Below the pieces are notes generated by a model. It did no database searches. It saw nothing but the letters and a program-made list of their open reading frames with translations, and was not told where the DNA came from. From positions 23,380,401 to 23,444,400 of the forward strand of contig CM120641.1 in the NCBI GenBank assembly GCA_051362555.1: a stretch of 64,000 nucleotides of DNA, written 5' to 3'. A program made the translations under genes and the position numbers. Source of the stretch: Lingula anatina. Taxonomy: Eukaryota; Animalia; Brachiopoda. This document shows, one piece after another, positions 61,775 through 64,000 of the stretch. Position 1 is the first letter of the stretch; the number at the start of each line of letters is the position of its first letter.

Positions 61775-64000
61775 GTAGGTGCTTGATACAAATTTGCAAG
61801 CCATATGTCACTTAGGGGAATGTGGTAGAACAATAACTTTAACTTTCTACTAGCATGATCATTAATCACCTTCATAAAAACTGCTAATATTACTCTTATG
61901 TAAAAGTATCAGTTACCATGATGGAAAAGCTATACCCAGGCCAAAATAAAATAATGAAAGTTTTCAGGCCATCATGAAGAGAAAGTTGGTACTATATCAT
62001 GAGATCTGATACAGGTTCTGTCTGGGATCTGTTCTACAAGAGGATCTTCCCTGGTATTTTGTTAATAGGAGAGCCTTCATGGTTACCACGGCAACATTAC
62101 TGCCTGTAGTGGTGTTAAGGGCACCAAAGGCCTCCTGCCCGCCTGTGACTCAGCAGAGGTGCATAGTTTTTGGATGAGGTGTGGAATTAATGAGAAAATT
62201 AATCTTACACTATATTAATTTATGCCTTGGTAATATAAAATGCAAAGTGGGAATTTTATACAGTGTGAAAAGTAACTGAATTTGATTTCATTTAGGCTGC
62301 ATGTCGAGGAGTTTGTTTTTGATTTTATCAGGTTCTGATATAGACATATACTATTGGCTTGCAGAGGAGACACTTGTGGTATCTGGAGAGATTATCATGG
62401 CAAAGCTATCATATCTTGTCACTTTCCATAGCACCTGACACCAGAATGATTCTCTTGATTTCGTACATTGAACTATTATTAATAACTGTTGAACCAGTTG
62501 ACAAGTGGCCTTGATCATCAAATTAACCAAATCATTGAGTGAGATTGTGTACTCTGTCCTTATGGGGGAATGTGGGCACTGTTATCTTTGATCCTGGACT
62601 CTGATAATACATTGTTCCTGATAATTATAGCAAATAATAACAGATTATTATCACTATGAACCTGGTAAATAACAGATTGTGTCTTGTGACATAATGTAGC
62701 ATGTATTTTGACAGGTACTCCATTGCAAAGATAATTGTACTCATACAGTACATGTTTCCTTTAACTGATATACAGTGTACCTTCCCTTTTGGTCCAGAAT
62801 AGAAATAATTAGATCTGTCTATACCCATATGATATAACAAAAGCATCCTCTTTTATAAGTAATGAGTTATCAGTACCTTCAGTCTTTTGAGACTTGACTG
62901 AACAACTTGATTTAAACCACAAGAAAAAGTGGGTTTATAAGACCAGTCTGTATAACCTCGAGATAAATAAAACCATTATTGCCTTTGGGTCTGTATCAGT
63001 TCATATTTTGAGACCATACATACTGCTGTCAGAGGTACATTTAATTCTTAACTGCCTGAACTTACCACTTGGAAACTTCCCAGAATTCTGAACTCGTAAC
63101 ATTTTGCATTTATTTTAAAAAATGGAATAAGATTGAGTAAAAATAATAAGTTGAAATTTTTTTTTTAATGTCCCATTTATGATATTGAATTTGAAAAATA
63201 AATATTAGCAAAACCACCCAAAGCAAAGGCCGCTTTTCATATTCACTGTGTTATAATAAGATTAAGGCTTACAAATCTCTGTAAGTAATCAAGTCAATGG
63301 AATTATGGAATTCTTCATGAATATGCTGAAATTTCCTGCTGATTGGTGGTCTCATTAGAGGAAGTCTTACTGTGAACAGATTGAGAAGGCTGAATCATTC
63401 AAATAAAACATGGCATGGGTTTGGACAAAGGTGCAACTGTAGTGTTTCAATAATCATGCAGTCACATTGATAATTTTTGGACCACCAACTGTCAAAAAAA
63501 TCATTGTGTCATAGTTTTGTGGTTTCCTTTTTCAGATATAAAACAGTTTGAAGTATTGGACAATAAAATCGGCTTAGTAGTTAGAGGGTCTGTTATTTCA
63601 TTTGAGCTTACACACATTTGCCAGGGGATTACAGAGAGTCAGAAATGGGAATGAATTATTTTACCACAGACAGAAAATGTCAGTTACTGTAATTTTTGGC
63701 TTGGATCTGCTGTTATGCTAGGCATCTAGAAGTCTGTGAGTTGTTGACCCAGATACCACACACCCTTCTGAGTTCTCTCCACTTCACAAAATAAGATTTC
63801 ATATTCATACTATGAGCATCAAAGTAAAAACCTAGGCAAGGCACCCATTAATATAGAGAACATTACTGGTAGCCATAGAACCTGGTTGAGAGCACCTGTT
63901 ATAGTACTTAACATGGATTTGATTGCTGTACAAGTGGGCTGCGTAATAGCACGAGCTGCACACAGATCTGGATCTTGTGCTTTATATGCTCCCTGTAGGC

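Overview
AT-rich, intron-rich animal genomic DNA (invertebrate; the repeat types suggest a mollusc or other lophotrochozoan, which is inference). Seven protein-coding genes in strictly alternating orientation: 3' part of HEATR5B (+, 22 exons visible), an intronless ADAM10-like metalloprotease (-), SDE2 (+), a divergent UMPS (-), an intronless GDPD1-like lysophospholipase D (+), a prosaposin-like gene with nine saposin-B domains (-), and the 5' part of a TSPAN15-like tetraspanin (+). Six of them form three head-to-head pairs. Introns carry Helentron/HINE-like tandem-repeat elements, several PIF/Harbinger-type MITEs, an L2-type LINE tail and local duplications. Top observations: (1) an in-frame TGA in the multi-saposin gene followed by a complete, correctly spliceable ninth saposin domain; (2) a UMPS with an intact frame but substitutions at conserved substrate/phosphate-binding positions, including the phosphate-gripper Arg replaced by Ser; (3) an intronless ADAM10-like protease with no evident cysteine switch and a coiled-coil plus CUE-like tail, near a TspanC8-like gene; (4) ongoing exon duplication and homogenisation in the saposin array. 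All exon structures were read by eye; no alignment or database search was run.
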